Source: Leptogorgia sarmentosa
Lineage: Eukaryota
Direction of reading: 5' to 3'
NCBI GenBank assembly: GCA_964658305.1
Contig: OZ210885.1
Coordinates: 7,626,001 to 7,690,000 of the forward strand
Length of the DNA stretch: 64,000 nt
This document shows positions 37,301-49,250 of this stretch, one piece after another (positions within the stretch are counted from its first letter, which is position 1; the number at the start of each line of letters is the position of its first letter). A program made the translations under genes and the position numbers. The notes below the pieces were generated by a model. That model saw nothing but the letters and a program-made list of their open reading frames with translations. It ran no database searches and was not told the DNA's origin.

Positions 37301-38533
37301 AAACTCACTTTTCTGGTCAAATCTGCTCTCGTCCAAGGCGTCGACAACGATCAACATTGGCTCAGTTCTGTCGATGGCAGACAATGGATCGTGTAAAAGA
37401 ACGCGAAATGCGTCGGATAGCACAACTTGAGAATGTTCCCGGGAAAGGACTTCACTTAACTTATCACGAAATCCATCGACATTGTCTGACATTTGGCTTG
37501 CAAGAGATTGAAGAATTCTGTGAGGATCTCTGTAATCAGACGTTTTAAAGTCGCAAAAGTGACAAGCAGCAAGCTGACCACTGTCTTCATACAGCTCACA
37601 GATTTTTGCAGACAAAACACTTTTGCCAACACCAGGACCTGCAGTCAGGATGATAACACTTGATTTTTCATCATCAAACCATTTTTTAAAGTCGTCAAAA
37701 AACCATCTCCTTGTGCCACTTTGAAATTTTTTACTGAGCTCTTCAACTTTCCCTTTGAAGACAAATTTGGCTAACTTGTCAACTCCTGGGGATTTTGCAT
37801 TTTGGGTTTGTAACTTCACAACTGTATTTTCAACACGGGCTACGGAATCTGATATATGGGCTATCGTTTCCTCAATGTTTTCAACAGAATCTCCGATATC
37901 GAGACACTTCCTATTTAGATTAAAAACCTCTCGTTGAATGTCATTTTGTTTTGAGATGAGGTCATCTTCAAGTTCTTTCCATTCTTTTAACTTTGCAATA
38001 TAACTTTCCTCTTCAGGACTGAGAAGAGCTTCCTTTAAATCATCAATATCTTGTTGAGGAATTCCTAACTTTAGCAAAGGTTGTGAAATTTCTTGCCACA
38101 ATGTTTCAAACTTGGTGTCGTCTAATTGGGCACTTGATATGTGACCGTAGACCTCATTTCTAAACATTTTTATTCGCAAAATGTCCGCCGAAATGGACGT
38201 ATCACTAGCTAGAGGCATAACATTCCATCCTGCCGCTGGTGAAGGCAATCCACAAACATTTCGAAGTAAGATAGTGAGCAACGTTATATCAAAGTTGTTT
38301 GAATCAGCTGAGCCTGATGCTGGAAAGAGTAATTTCCATTGTGCTGCGTTGATTACACTGTATCTTATCTTCTGTAAGGATTTCTTGTGTGTATTCAAAA
38401 GGGAATCTAACGTTGAAGGTGGGGGACTTGTACGTATCTTAGTTTGTAAAACACGTCCCAACGCTTCACCTCCTTTGTTTATCAACAGTTGGCATACCTT
38501 GGAATAATTTGCTTGTGCTTGTAATGGATCCAT
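34349..38533 (-). CDS. NLR/STAND-like protein: DZIP3-type HEPN + coiled coil + NACHT (NPHP3_N-like) + WD40-like propeller (1394 aa)
   Basis: HEPN motifs FDITLL..LLRN.C and D..RIK.FRNEVYGH; Walker A GPGVGKS; HFC; Walker B LIVVDALDE; FITSRPE; GSFLYA; FHKSL.DWL; C-terminal SPD/..W.V repeats. Uninterrupted coding exon with a splice-acceptor-like TTTAG about 18 nt upstream of the ATG. Confidence 0.9.
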   Translation of the reverse strand: MDPLQAQANYSKVCQLLINKGGEALGRVLQTKIRTSPPPSTLDSLLNTHKKSLQKIRYSVINAAQWKLLFPASGSADSNNFDITLLTILLRNVCGLPSPAAGWNVMPLASDTSISADILRIKMFRNEVYGHISSAQLDDTKFETLWQEISQPLLKLGIPQQDIDDLKEALLSPEEESYIAKLKEWKELEDDLISKQNDIQREVFNLNRKCLDIGDSVENIEETIAHISDSVARVENTVVKLQTQNAKSPGVDKLAKFVFKGKVEELSKKFQSGTRRWFFDDFKKWFDDEKSSVIILTAGPGVGKSVLSAKICELYEDSGQLAACHFCDFKTSDYRDPHRILQSLASQMSDNVDGFRDKLSEVLSREHSQVVLSDAFRVLLHDPLSAIDRTEPMLIVVDALDESRFDQKSEFLELISDEFPQLPKWIKIFITSRPELQVRKKLKHFNLVEIHPNNKKHKHDLEQFVMCCLPHFGKHVVPSIVENCDGSFLYAYYLVNEVKHLGIKQNVFRYAPQGISGFYKKQFERLKKELQRFERNTEVSIFKTFLNLVAASVGHLPLRLCFTCMGLSNEQFEIREAIIGIMSEILPVYDDCLTVFHKSLWDWLRLDGYEEHAYAADVVDGGKRLWNACKKVYMDIDSLSSVSEFKISPMKKYALEKGWQYLLKFGDIQDFHFFLNVKVNYLKLKYFNLAMDKSSLLLCHILLEYKSRLPDHLFVRLFQLYTFMHLYEMLDIIDMFDLDRTSLCERYLQCFANEMFGLVHNSTVSMKDASEILDKTIWLEKVTKETNSCQIISNALLKVEAISSSPDNKLLACRDREKVVVYELPSLKLIFQLHVTAENIYRPFIVFSPDSSYFLLNSLQSCISIRNQSEVPFIQHRPDQIYSCSFFSFGTRLVSFGEKSIEVWDVKTKELLVKSQHGLTRYSLSLSIYDSYILVFEVFGRLNVFDSTTLQRVEIARSAKYKNCIQLISPDVVYDDESFGIEDCWQLPTGEDICRASKYCSKAFTWNGRKCVVSTDNGTSLVVYDCLSGEIVDIFQMSCLPSYRHVNYISNLGGNNFLISFNSHLVFVVSLERSSQSLAFPFISNKAYPIICALSPDDLFVACSYGYPVLKIMNVDNGRTLQIVEPKQTPIACWWSKLYLWVVCEGLVVVKYPYNATETQIVGNCVGEWSFDCQGKVLKFAESVLVTQMDDKICISKIVHENLSPRQILDSKVNDSWIYQLKVAISTDGCAVLIHGSTYLELWEIGCDKNWDLFWTGTLDDPIDYGYLTGVKNSRRVLLLSNSEIHGLSCFRYSFDHPSGTQKFLLPLGFSPVWRVSICLDSKLGLLMGRPFDQIHFVDVSDGKLITSICVGYVDHFFFVPSKRLLLLFRGSGVIQPFEIHNVDHYLPLPLNLS

Positions 38534-38645
38534 TCTTGTCTCGATCGATTCTAAACAACAAAACGAATGTCAATATAATATAGCAAGATAACATTTATTG
38601 AATGTTGTTCTAATCTCACATTACTGGCGGCATCTAAACAAACAG

Positions 38646-40573
38646 AAAATAGGTACACAACGTGTACATGTATCTGCGTCTATATGTAGCTTGGTTACCA
38701 GCGATGTATAAAATGGTTTACAGCTAGGGAATAGGCGAATAGCCCAAATACTAATTTGTGAGGTTGTGCTTGGTTAAAACGTGAAACGTATTCAATACTT
38801 GATATAACCTTTCATGACTATCTCGCATTCCGGAATTCGCGCGATCATCAAATTCCATAATCAATTTAAACTTGACGAAATATGATATCGCATTTTATGC
38901 TATTGCGTCCTTAAAATATAGACAGCGCTTTACGATTGTTTGTAAAAAATGTGGCTTTCTAAAAACCAAATTTACTCTTTTCAAAACCATATTATAATAA
39001 TATATTTATATGCTCTATATTCTATCTATTCATGCAGCATTTGCCTATGCGCTCAAGTGTATGATCGGTATGCGCGTAGGTTCAAGGTTCAACAAGCTAC
39101 AAAATCTATATTCCTGGGATTGAATGTTTCAACCATTCTGTACAGTATGGCGAAGGGTCAAAATATAGTAGAAATTCCGTGATCACAATGACACCGCGGG
39201 TCCGCGTGCAGTCCAAACATGTACAAATATGTCAGTGCCGACACGCTAAAGTATCGTAGGGAAAATATACGAGCAATTTTGTCAAGACATAAACCTCTTT
39301 CAATCATAACGTGTATAATATTCGCTCATTTCGCTGTGTGTTTAAGGAAATATAATGTATAGTTTGCGTCATAATATTTCTGCTTTGATGATCTAAATTC
39401 CATAGCAAACCTCTTTAATATCTTTAAACTCAATGCCAATGTATGATTTGCGTCCTGATATTTTTGCGTATCTGCGTATAAATCTGCGGCACGCAGTGTC
39501 TCATTTCTATCCTACTTTTGATATCCGAACAACCCGTAAAACCTGCTGTAATTCTGTCATGTTTACACTTACCAGATCAAGATAGGTGTCCGTATAAAAT
39601 GGCGACAAAAGTAGGATAGAAATGAGAAAAAATAGGTACACAAAGTGTACATGTATCTGCGCCCGTGTAGCTTGATGATCAAGTCTTATTTGTTTTCAGC
39701 TTTTCGATACACGCATCTTATCTGTCCCTATAATAATACGCGATCTTGCATGTATAAAATGGTTTACTGCTAGGGAATAGGCGAATAGCGCAAATGCCAG
39801 TTCCTTTCAAGACTTGAGGCTGTGCGGAGACGTATTCAATACTTGATATAAGCTTTCATGACTATCTCGCATTCCGGAATTGCCGCGATCATATATCAAA
39901 TTGCATAAGGAATTGAAACTTGACGACATATGATATCCCATTTTATGTTATTGCGTCTTTAAAATAGACACAGCGCTTTGCGATTGTTTGTGAAAAATGT
40001 GGCTCTCTAAAAACCAAATTTACCCTTTTCAATACCGTATCATAATAATATATTTATATACAATATATTCCGTCCATTCATGCGCATTTGCGTAGACGCT
40101 AAAGTGTATGTATGATCGGTATGCGCATTGCATAGGTTCAAAACAGAATGCTTGAAACTATATATGATTTCGTTTGTTTTGTCTCGCGCTTAATAAACGC
40201 ACAAACCCGTTTTACTACAAGCTACGAAATCTATTTTCCCGGGATTGAATGTTTCAACCATTTTGTATGGCGAAGCGTCAAAATATAGTAGATATTCCAT
40301 GATCACAATGACACCGCGGGCAGTCCAAACATGTACAGTGTGTCAGTGCGACAGTGCCGACACGCTAAAGTATCGTTGGGAAAATATACGCGCAATTGTG
40401 TCAAGACATTAAACTCTTTCATAACCTTAAATATTCGCTGTGTTCAATCGTATAAATTGCGTCATGATATTTTTGCTTTGATGATCTAAATTGCATAGCG
40501 AACCTCTTTAATTAATATCTTTAAAAGCAATGCCAAAGTCTGCAATTTGCGTCATGATATTTTTGCGTATAAA
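38646..40573 (+). repeat. Diverged tandem duplication (~38646-39483 and ~39626-40573)
   Basis: Both copies begin AAAATAGGTACACAA.GTGTACATGTATCTGCG and are colinear with indels. Confidence 0.9.
39499..39627. repeat. 22-bp inverted repeat pair at the duplication junction
   Basis: TCTCATTTCTATCCTACTTTTG ... CAAAAGTAGGATAGAAATGAGA. Confidence 0.8.
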
Positions 40574-40844
40574 TTTCCTTAGTATAAATAGTGTTCTAAA
40601 CGGCGTAAACGCTCATAAATTAACCTCTATTTCAGTGAAGTCACTCGTCGCTGCGAACATTGTATTTTCTTTTTATCTGGATATTCATGCGAAACGTAAT
40701 CCACGATCAAACAGACAAACACATCACCACTCTTTAGCTCGCCCCTATATAAGTCGCCATATTTGTAGCCTGAAAACACACCTTCACGCGTACGGTTTTG
40801 CGAGATGCTCAGTGAGAATTACGTCATCTCAATGTTACGTTGTC

Positions 40845-41185
40845 GTCTATTGGCTAAATTGAATAAGATTTAACTAACGAATTCGCTGATTGGCTGCAAG
40901 CTAACAGTTAACAGCTAACAACTCGATAGCAATATATCTGCTGCGCAGATACAAAAAGTACAATATTTTAAACGATTTACCAAGCAAGCTTCGAAGTTCG
41001 GAGTATTTGCAAATGGCGGGACATCAGAAATCAGAATCGACATGCGAAAAGCTCTGCTCTGATTGGCTACAAGCTAACAGCACGAATCTCTAATTGGCTA
41101 GAAGCTAACAGTACGAAGCTCTGATTGGCTGCAAGCACGGTTACAGTTACATTTACAGTTACAACACGATAGCAATATATCTGCG
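40845..41185 (-). promoter_or_regulatory. Cluster of five CCAAT boxes in short repeats
   Basis: ATTGGCT recurs five times, most often as (CTG)ATTGGCT.CAAGCTAACAG, ~2.3-2.6 kb upstream of the NLR-like ATG; function unproven. Confidence 0.4.
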
Positions 41186-44100
41186 TCACTACGTCACGTA
41201 GATACAAAAATTGCGCGAGAAACTCGGAAAAGTAAAGTCAGGTTTTGTTAATTGGTCGTATGTATCACGTGAAGTAAGTTTAAGGAGATAGTCAATATAA
41301 AAAGACGATCGCTGCCACTTGGAACCAGGTTGCAAAGTGTGAGGTGGCCCGATATTCTGTTGGAATACAAACGGTGAATTTAGCTGGTAAATACAGAAAT
41401 GATGACCTGAAACACATGAATGCAATGACCGGTTTTTTGCGCTCATTCCAAATTTCTTTGAGCTTTCCACTATTAAATGTACGAAGGTAAATAATTTGCA
41501 TCCTCAGTTGTAGAATAATAATCTAAATCGCTTTTCAAAACTAGTGGTATAAGGTAGCTACTGCTCAAAACTCAAAAGTATCCTAAAGTTGCGTAACGCG
41601 TTCCAAAATGCGTTCTGAAGCATTCCAGACGAAGCTTCGAAATGCGTTCCCTTTTTGGTGAAAAAACGCGTTCTTGTGCCGGAGAATCCTGACACCAAAT
41701 GAAATGTAAACTACTATAAGGTTTATAAGGTTTGAGACATCACAACAGTAATTTCAGAATTAATACTGTTAAAATTCGTTTCAGTGTGTTTGTACTGGTG
41801 TTTGTGTGCACTGACTGTACTCATAATTACATTCTCTCACAAGTCAAGTAACTCAAAGAGAACAAGCTTTATTTCAGACAGACTGTTACGGACAGTTAAT
41901 AATTATTTACATAAAGTGTATATATAGTTGAGGGCGGGCTCAAGATGGTAGGACAGACGTTTTTTTTTGGATCAACGATCAAACGGAGTTGGAGGTTTTT
42001 TTTTGTAATAATTCGGATAATTTTGAGGTAAAAAGTTTGTTTTCTTAGAAGTCATTTGAACCGGCAATTATTCTCTAGCTGGAGAGAACACAGACATTTT
42101 TGTAAGACGAGTCCAAGTAGTCTGATGATTACGATCAGAGAATACAGTGGCTCGGAATTCATTAGCAATACCGTGTCAATGTCAAAATATCGATTCAAAG
42201 ACGCATTATACATACAAAACATGCAAACCTGGAACAACAGTCCCATGCAATGCTAATAATGGACACATTTATACGATGTTTGCTTCTAATACCATGGCTC
42301 AAGGTCTTAATATGATACCGGGATTTTGCAAATCACGACTGAATCATGAAGGAATCTCGACATGATCTCGTAGGATCAACCGTGTCTGGGGATGTCGAAG
42401 CGAGGATTTAAAATAGTTGATGAATTACGGACGATGAATGAGGTCAACCAACATTACATATTTTAGTGAACAAATCAAAAAACTAAAATACCAACAACGT
42501 CCGTTTTGCAGAGGTACTAGATTGGTAGATTATAAATTATATACTAACACACTTACCTACCAGCCTAGGTTGATTTCCACAAGAGGCGACCGGAGTAAAG
42601 ATTGTTCCTAGACAAATCAGAAAATATTATGAAGTCAAAAAAAAAGTTTTATTACTTATATGGTACAAATTTGTCAATCAAGAGTCTTCGCACAACAGTG
42701 ATAGTAGCAATTATTTAAATATTGAAGCAGTGAAACAAGATTTAGTGTACAATAAGGATGGTCTCAGGTGCACAGTAGAATACTTGCAGACTCCCGGGAT
42801 ACGCGAGACAGAAGAATATCGGTGTAATCAATAGTGATGCTCGTTTTGCTCGATTAAGGGCCTTATTCAAATCCTTAAAATATAATTCTATAATTCATCT
42901 GTCAATATTGTTTCTTACATACCTTCTGCGTTAATAAGATCCTACGCACGGTCCAAAAATACCATCAGAAAAGTTGAATTTAACGTTGAACTCAAATGAC
43001 AAATTATCCGGCCTACAAAACGCAAAAAAAATATGGTTTCTGCCTTTCGCTTATGGTTTTCGTGGTCACAAATTCGGTATTACAGTGTTTTCTCGTGAAT
43101 AAAAAATATTGGCAAGCAAGCAGCTGGCATTATTTACTGTTGGAAAGTACTATATTCATTCAGCTTTTCCGAAAAGTGGCTATAATGCGAAAATGTCAAA
43201 ACATTGAATCTCACATTGAATTATGTAGTGAGCAGGACTTTTGTTGTCTTTTAATGTTGTTTTTCACAACCTGGCCACATATTGAAATTAATTCCACTTT
43301 TTTCATCAGAATAAACTTTTCCCATGCTTGTTTTTGCCAACAACAACATGCGATGATCCAGAAAGATTATAACAAGATCTCGAACGTCAAAGAAAAGCTG
43401 ATAACAACATCAACACACAGCAAAGAAAGGTTCGACTTAAACGACACATTTGACATTTCGAGTAAAGGCCTCCCTTCCGGCGGCAATTTGTAGCTAAGTA
43501 ACTCCCAACGAGGGGCCTTCGCTCAAAACGTCGAATCTTCTGCTGATCACACATGGCGAGACGTTATGAAGATAAATCTTCCATGAATCTTGCAACATTC
43601 TGGGAAAATTTTGTCGAGGCCTTTAATATGTGTTATGCCAGGAACTTACAAGATCATGATTGAATGATAATACAATCTTGGCAAGAGCATGGCAAGATCT
43701 CGGATCATGGGTAATTTGTGGCAACAGAATGGGAAGATCCAGCAAAATCATGAAGATTTAGAAATACAGATACAAAAGGATCAAAGATACAAAAGGAGAG
43801 AAACTACCCACAAAAAATGAAATTCTAATTTTAACATTATCTTGAAATTGGGTTAACTAATGTCTGAGTGCGATGACTGAACATGTATAATGTAATAACT
43901 TATCGACAACCAGCTAATTTATTCCCCACTATATCTACATATTAAATGATATACCACAAGGTTTGACATTTTGACCAACTGGGCCCTTTGTCAGGAAATA
44001 TTGTGGGAGATGAGAGACACATGGTATATACAATTGTATACAATTGCATTAAGTAGTCTATATGTAGGGGACTAAACCATATTGGAAAACCATTGACAAC

Positions 44101-46703
44101 AAAGATGTTAATATGTTCACCCTCATAAAAATAATATGTGCACTTTTCCTTAACTATCAACACTGATTCTCGATCAAGGAGCACCTCATGCTTGTCGATT
44201 CTGTTATCCGCTGGTAATACTGACCACATTCTGAAGTTTGTTACTGGACAATTAACTTACCTTAATTTATTTTATAATCTCAGGAAACTAAATGTTCTAA
44301 TTTGGCAGCCTTGATTCAGTAAGTTTTTCACACTCTGTATTGTTGTTCGTTGATGTCAACAGCTGAACCAATCACATTTCTATAAGGAGATAAGAAAATG
44401 GGGCAGAGTCAGTGTTAATTTTGACAAGAAATCAACAATTTCATTGATGTTTCATAGACTAACTAAATGTTGTGGTCTACTTTATTATAACTTGACCCAA
44501 ACTAAAAAATCAGTGCCCCTCCCCCTTGTTCTGCCCCACCCCCCATCTATACTCTAAGCTATCGGCAAAGTACAGGAATATATAATAAATGAGGTAATCA
44601 ATGTGAGGATTATATATACTGTAGCTACCATGTTTTAGACCTGATCATGACCAGGGATGGGAAGTAAAACACTTAATGTTCTTTGGCAGTATCTGTGGCA
44701 GTTTGATTTTGCTTGGACAGTATTATATAACAACTGAGCAATAACAACCAACCATCTGCACAAATACAAGATAAATCTACATGAACTTAAAGTTATTACT
44801 CAACAAGTGACTTCTACAGCTCGGTCGGTCACAATGCTGGTCTGGAATCTCACGGTTACAATTCCTGACAATCAGGTTTTATAGATTCAAACAGTTTATA
44901 AAACTTATCATAAGCTAACAAATCTGACAATGAAAATTAAAGTAAAATGTGCGAGAGGCAGGGGGATTTTTCAAGTAAGTGGCAGAAAGAAACTCATGTC
45001 TAGCTTGACAGTTTATGTACATGCAAAATGGAAATTAGGGAATGAAAACATGTGGGCAAAAAACATGCATGATTTGTTTTGCAGTTTCAGGCCCAGTCAT
45101 ATTCTTTCTGCAATAAAATTAGGATTTCACATTCAATGCATTATTTTCAATCAGCAATTCAATCCATCCAGATTGAAATCAAAATCAAAATGGACTCAAT
45201 CCGGAGTGAGTTGTAACTCAATTCAGATTGATGTAGTCAAATCTGATCCAATCCCTTATCAGCCTTATGATTTCAAAACACAAATGAAATATGTAGGTCT
45301 GATCTAAATCAGGTAAACACAACCTAAATTCAATTGTCATTTGAAATTTGCACTGAAATATAACATCAGTATAGGTTGACGGTAAATCAATATGGTTTTA
45401 TAGAACTTCACTCAACGTCTCAATGTGAAAAATTTTGAGGGGAGTTAATGTGTCTTAATATTGAGTAAAAATTATACACGTGCAGGGGTGCCAGATGGAC
45501 TGAAATGCGGCAGGGAAAGCTTTGTGGAAAGGGCACTAAAGTGTCAAGACCCTGTGTGGGGTTCCATAGGGTTACAGTCCTACAAATGTCATTTCATGTG
45601 GGTTTTTTGTTCACATGTGAATCAGTTGCCCTCGCAATGTTAGGGCAGCTGGTTGTTACAATCAGTTGCCCTTGTTGCTCCAGCGCCCCTGTACACATGA
45701 GGGATTGTTAAAATCCCAACAAGGGTCAGTTGAGAATAATTCATCAATTATAAGATTCCCTGGCAGGAAACAAACCTATGTCTGTATGATGCCGGGGCTC
45801 TGCTCTGCTTTGAACACTAAGCCACACAGCACTAATAGTTGATGATTTTTCCTTTACCGTTTCTGGTTGCAATCTCAACAGGTGTACTCTATGATTTGCA
45901 TTTAAAGACACAAGACATATTATTACTAAAAATCAGTACAGGCTATCTGGCAATTATCTTCCATATTTGTGCATCACTATAGAATGCAATTGACAGAGAT
46001 GTAGGCTAGCTTGCACATTTACTAAATCATTTGAACGACACAGATTCAACAAAGGCCTCAGCTTTTTCATGTCAAGAATTAATGAGACAATCAATATCAT
46101 CTATGACATAATAAACCCACAATAATCTAATGTCATACATGAAAATATGTTTACTTTCATATTCAACATAAATCAACTGTATTACATGACTGTATATTTT
46201 ACAAGCATTTTGATTTCATCAAATGAAACAAATGAAGTGCAATATAACCAAAGTAAACATTGATATTCACAACAAATTTGCCAGAAGACAGAGAAATTTC
46301 AATATAAGATTGCATCAATGTCTTTAATAAAACATACTGCAATGATCACAAGATAATGTCTCAAGTTGAATAAAATATAACTGACCGTAAATGAAAGTTC
46401 AAATTGTAACAATATTTACCTTGAATTGCGACTTTTCTGTGTCCGTGAAACCAAACAACGAAAGATTTTGGAACGATTTCGAATCTTGTTTGAAAGATAA
46501 GCAATAAATTTCTGTGGATGTTGTAAAATACCTTCTGAAATTCCAGCAAGAAGACTAGACGCCTCTTCTGCGAAATTCCCCGAGCCTCAAAATAACATGA
46601 CGTCATTATCGGAAGAAGTGACGACAATCTACGAAGATCTTACGAAAAACAATCGGAGAGCAGGATTACAAAACTAGGTACGCATTGAGTACCTATGATC
46701 CTA

Positions 46704-47228
46704 GTGGAACTACAATCCGCACGCATGACGTAACATGCAGTAGTATAAATGTATAATATGATAAGGTTGGCAAGTAAAAAATAATATCATAATCAGTCAC
46801 TGCGGCTTAAAACAAGTGGAAAAAATCAACGTCTCGTAAACAAACTTCGCTAAAAAATAGCAGTAAAATAGCAGAAGTTTTCTGGTAACAAAACGAGAGA
46901 AAAAGTCGAAAAAAAACGAAAGGTTTCTTTGAATTTGCCGTGTCTCGATGCTGGATGCCTGTTGTCGTGCAAAAATTGCCGTTTGAAATGACAAATACGC
47001 GATCCTGTTGGTTATAAAAACCCCGATATAACAGCCCACCAATAGGATTGCTCCTGGTATAGTAGCAGGGGCTGCACTTTACATTTAAACAAGTTTGTTT
47101 ACGAGATGTAGATTTTTTCGACTTATTTTAAGCCGTAGTGAGTGATATTATCATTTACTTGCCAACCTTATCATATTATACATTTATACTACTGCATGTT
47201 ACGTCATGCGTGCGGATTGTTGTTCTAC
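46704..47228. mobile_element. MITE/foldback element with ~140-bp terminal inverted repeats
   Basis: ACAATCCGCACGCATGACGTAACATGCAGTAGTATAAATGTATAATATGATAAGGTTGGCAAGTAAA and its reverse complement; CTATGAT present near both ends. Confidence 0.85.
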
Positions 47229-47722
47229 CTATGATGTGATTGGCCATTAAAAATGTTAAAATGGGTTACACTGAATGCCTTACCCCTAAATGTTTGGAAA
47301 TGACTGGAAATTTCGGGGGAAAGAATCGAATTATTTGCTTGCAGCATTTCATATCTGTTAATTGAAAAAAAGGCTACTACCAACAACGTGATAAGAAAGG
47401 CCTGGGACAACATGATTGAAATTTTTCATTGTACGTGTTTGGACTGTTCAGGTTGCATATGATACAAGATCACTTGCTGATTTCAAACATATGAACTTCA
47501 TATGCACGGTTTCCATTGTTACTCAGCCAAATCCTTGTCTAAAAAACTGTTACTCGAACGAAAATTCAAATATAGTCATTGTTTATGATTAATCGTTTTC
47601 AAGTATTAGTGGATATATGTAACAAGAATCGTAGTATATACATCTTAACCGTTTTGGTCGCATATTTCACATCTGGCCGCTTTAAAGAATTTGCAAGTTT
47701 TCCAGTTTATAGGTATGATAAG

Positions 47723-47794
47723 AAGGAGCGGGCGGATTTGAACCACCGACCTCTCGATCTGCAGTCGAATGCTCTACCACTCAGCTACACTACC
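47723..47794 (-). tRNA. tRNA-Cys(GCA), possibly pseudogene
   Basis: TTCGA-CTGCAGA-TCGAG anticodon arm and GGTGG-TTCAAAT-CCGCC T arm; mismatches in acceptor and D stems. Confidence 0.75.
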
Positions 47795-48229
47795 TGTGTT
47801 CTCTACTAGGTTAATTACGTACATGTTATTTCAAACGCAGCTATAATCAATTCGCGGACCTCTATTTTTTCAATATTACATTCAAATAGAAAATCATTCT
47901 TGGCATGTTTCATAACCCTGATAAAAAACGCGACTTCTTTTCGTTGATTGTGTAGATGGAAAACTTGGACCTTGAATCTGTCACTTTAAACACTCCGCCA
48001 CCACCACCGAGAACCGAATCTCCTCTCATTGAGTTTTTCCCCAAAGAATTCATGTTTACATTCGAGGCCAAAATTTTAAAGACTTTGCATAACATAAATT
48101 TCAAACCGATTGCAGAAGCTTCATAACAGATGTGCCAGAATCATAATGAATTGCAAAAACGAGCATGGTCCATCAGTTTTGGCCCGTGGTATTCTTGGAT
48201 GGAAAACCGTTCAAGGAAAAAGGGCCCAT

Positions 48230-48939
48230 CTAAAATCATAGCCAGACTAATGTATAAGATTTTGCATAACATGGCACCAACAAAACTACGCGACATTCTA
48301 ATTATGTCTAATAGTATTCATCACTATAATTTACCAGGCAGGGGCGAAACTTAAGGGGGGGTTAGGGGGGGTGACTAACCCCCCCAATGCTTAACTTTAA
48401 GAAGAGGGAGTTCGCAGGGCCAAACGAAATAAATCTACATTCATTTTAAAAAAATTGACTATCAAGAGTTTCAAATCGCCATGGAAGTAGACATGAAACG
48501 TTTTTGGGCTTGAAAGTTGGCTTGCGGATAAGACGCCCCCCCCCCCCCCCCTCCCCGCTCGCGAACAATTTAAGAACAATCTATACGGACATGGTTATCT
48601 TGCAGGCTATTTCATTTTCTTGCAGGGCATTTTTGCCCAAAACCCCCCCATTGAGAAGGTGCAAGTTTCGCCCCTGTTACCAGGGTCCGATCGACACTGC
48701 TGCTCATTATCTTTCGCGTCCGGAAACTGAATATCGCAAAAAATGTTTTAGTTTTAGAGGACCTATAGTGTGAAATTCCTTACCTGAATAATAATAATAC
48801 CTAATACCTAATAATTAACTTATATAGCTAACTGTATATTTTTTAAAGAATGTTTGTATGCAGTAGTAATTTTGTAAATAAGCACGTCCCACTTAAGTGG
48901 CTAACGTGTTGAAATAAAGTTTTACCTACCTACCTACCT
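48230..48939 (+). mobile_element. 5'-truncated LINE 3' end, interrupted by a MITE
   Basis: LMYKILHNMAP...HHYNL and RPETEYRKKCFSFRGP are typical L2/CR1 ORF2 C-terminal motifs; AATAAA then (TACC)n tail. Confidence 0.8.
48339..48676. mobile_element. hAT-type MITE (338 bp)
   Basis: 14-bp TIR CAGGGGCGAAACTT and perfect 8-bp TSD TTACCAGG (48331-48338, 48677-48684). Confidence 0.92.
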
Positions 48940-49250
48940 TTGTTGGCGGTGAAAGAGAGCTGAGAAAGCCGATAGACTCGTGAAACCAGTTCTTGACGAA
49001 GGAATGTTAAATGGATTTTCAACCAACCCAGAGCATCTCACCACGGAGGTGTCGGGGAGGCTGGGAGCGATGTATTCGTACATTAAGGAAAGTTCTGAAC
49101 GCAATTACGAGGGAACAAATAATGAACGACGAACGATTGCGTGCACTCATGTGTACGAAAGGGACCAGAATTGCCCCCGGTATCTTTACAGAGAATGATA
49201 ATTACTCACGTCGCAAGTGGAGACAAGTCCAATACCTAGCGGATGTTTTT
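48940..49250 (+). pseudogene. BEL/Pao LTR retrotransposon integrase fragment
   Basis: Frameshifted and deleted relic: ASHHGG, WERCIRTLRKVL, YSRRKWRQVQYLADVF. Confidence 0.8.

Noticed and set aside
42996..43493. 165-aa ORF
   Set aside because: No recognisable motifs; it runs into a degenerate repeat; likely chance.
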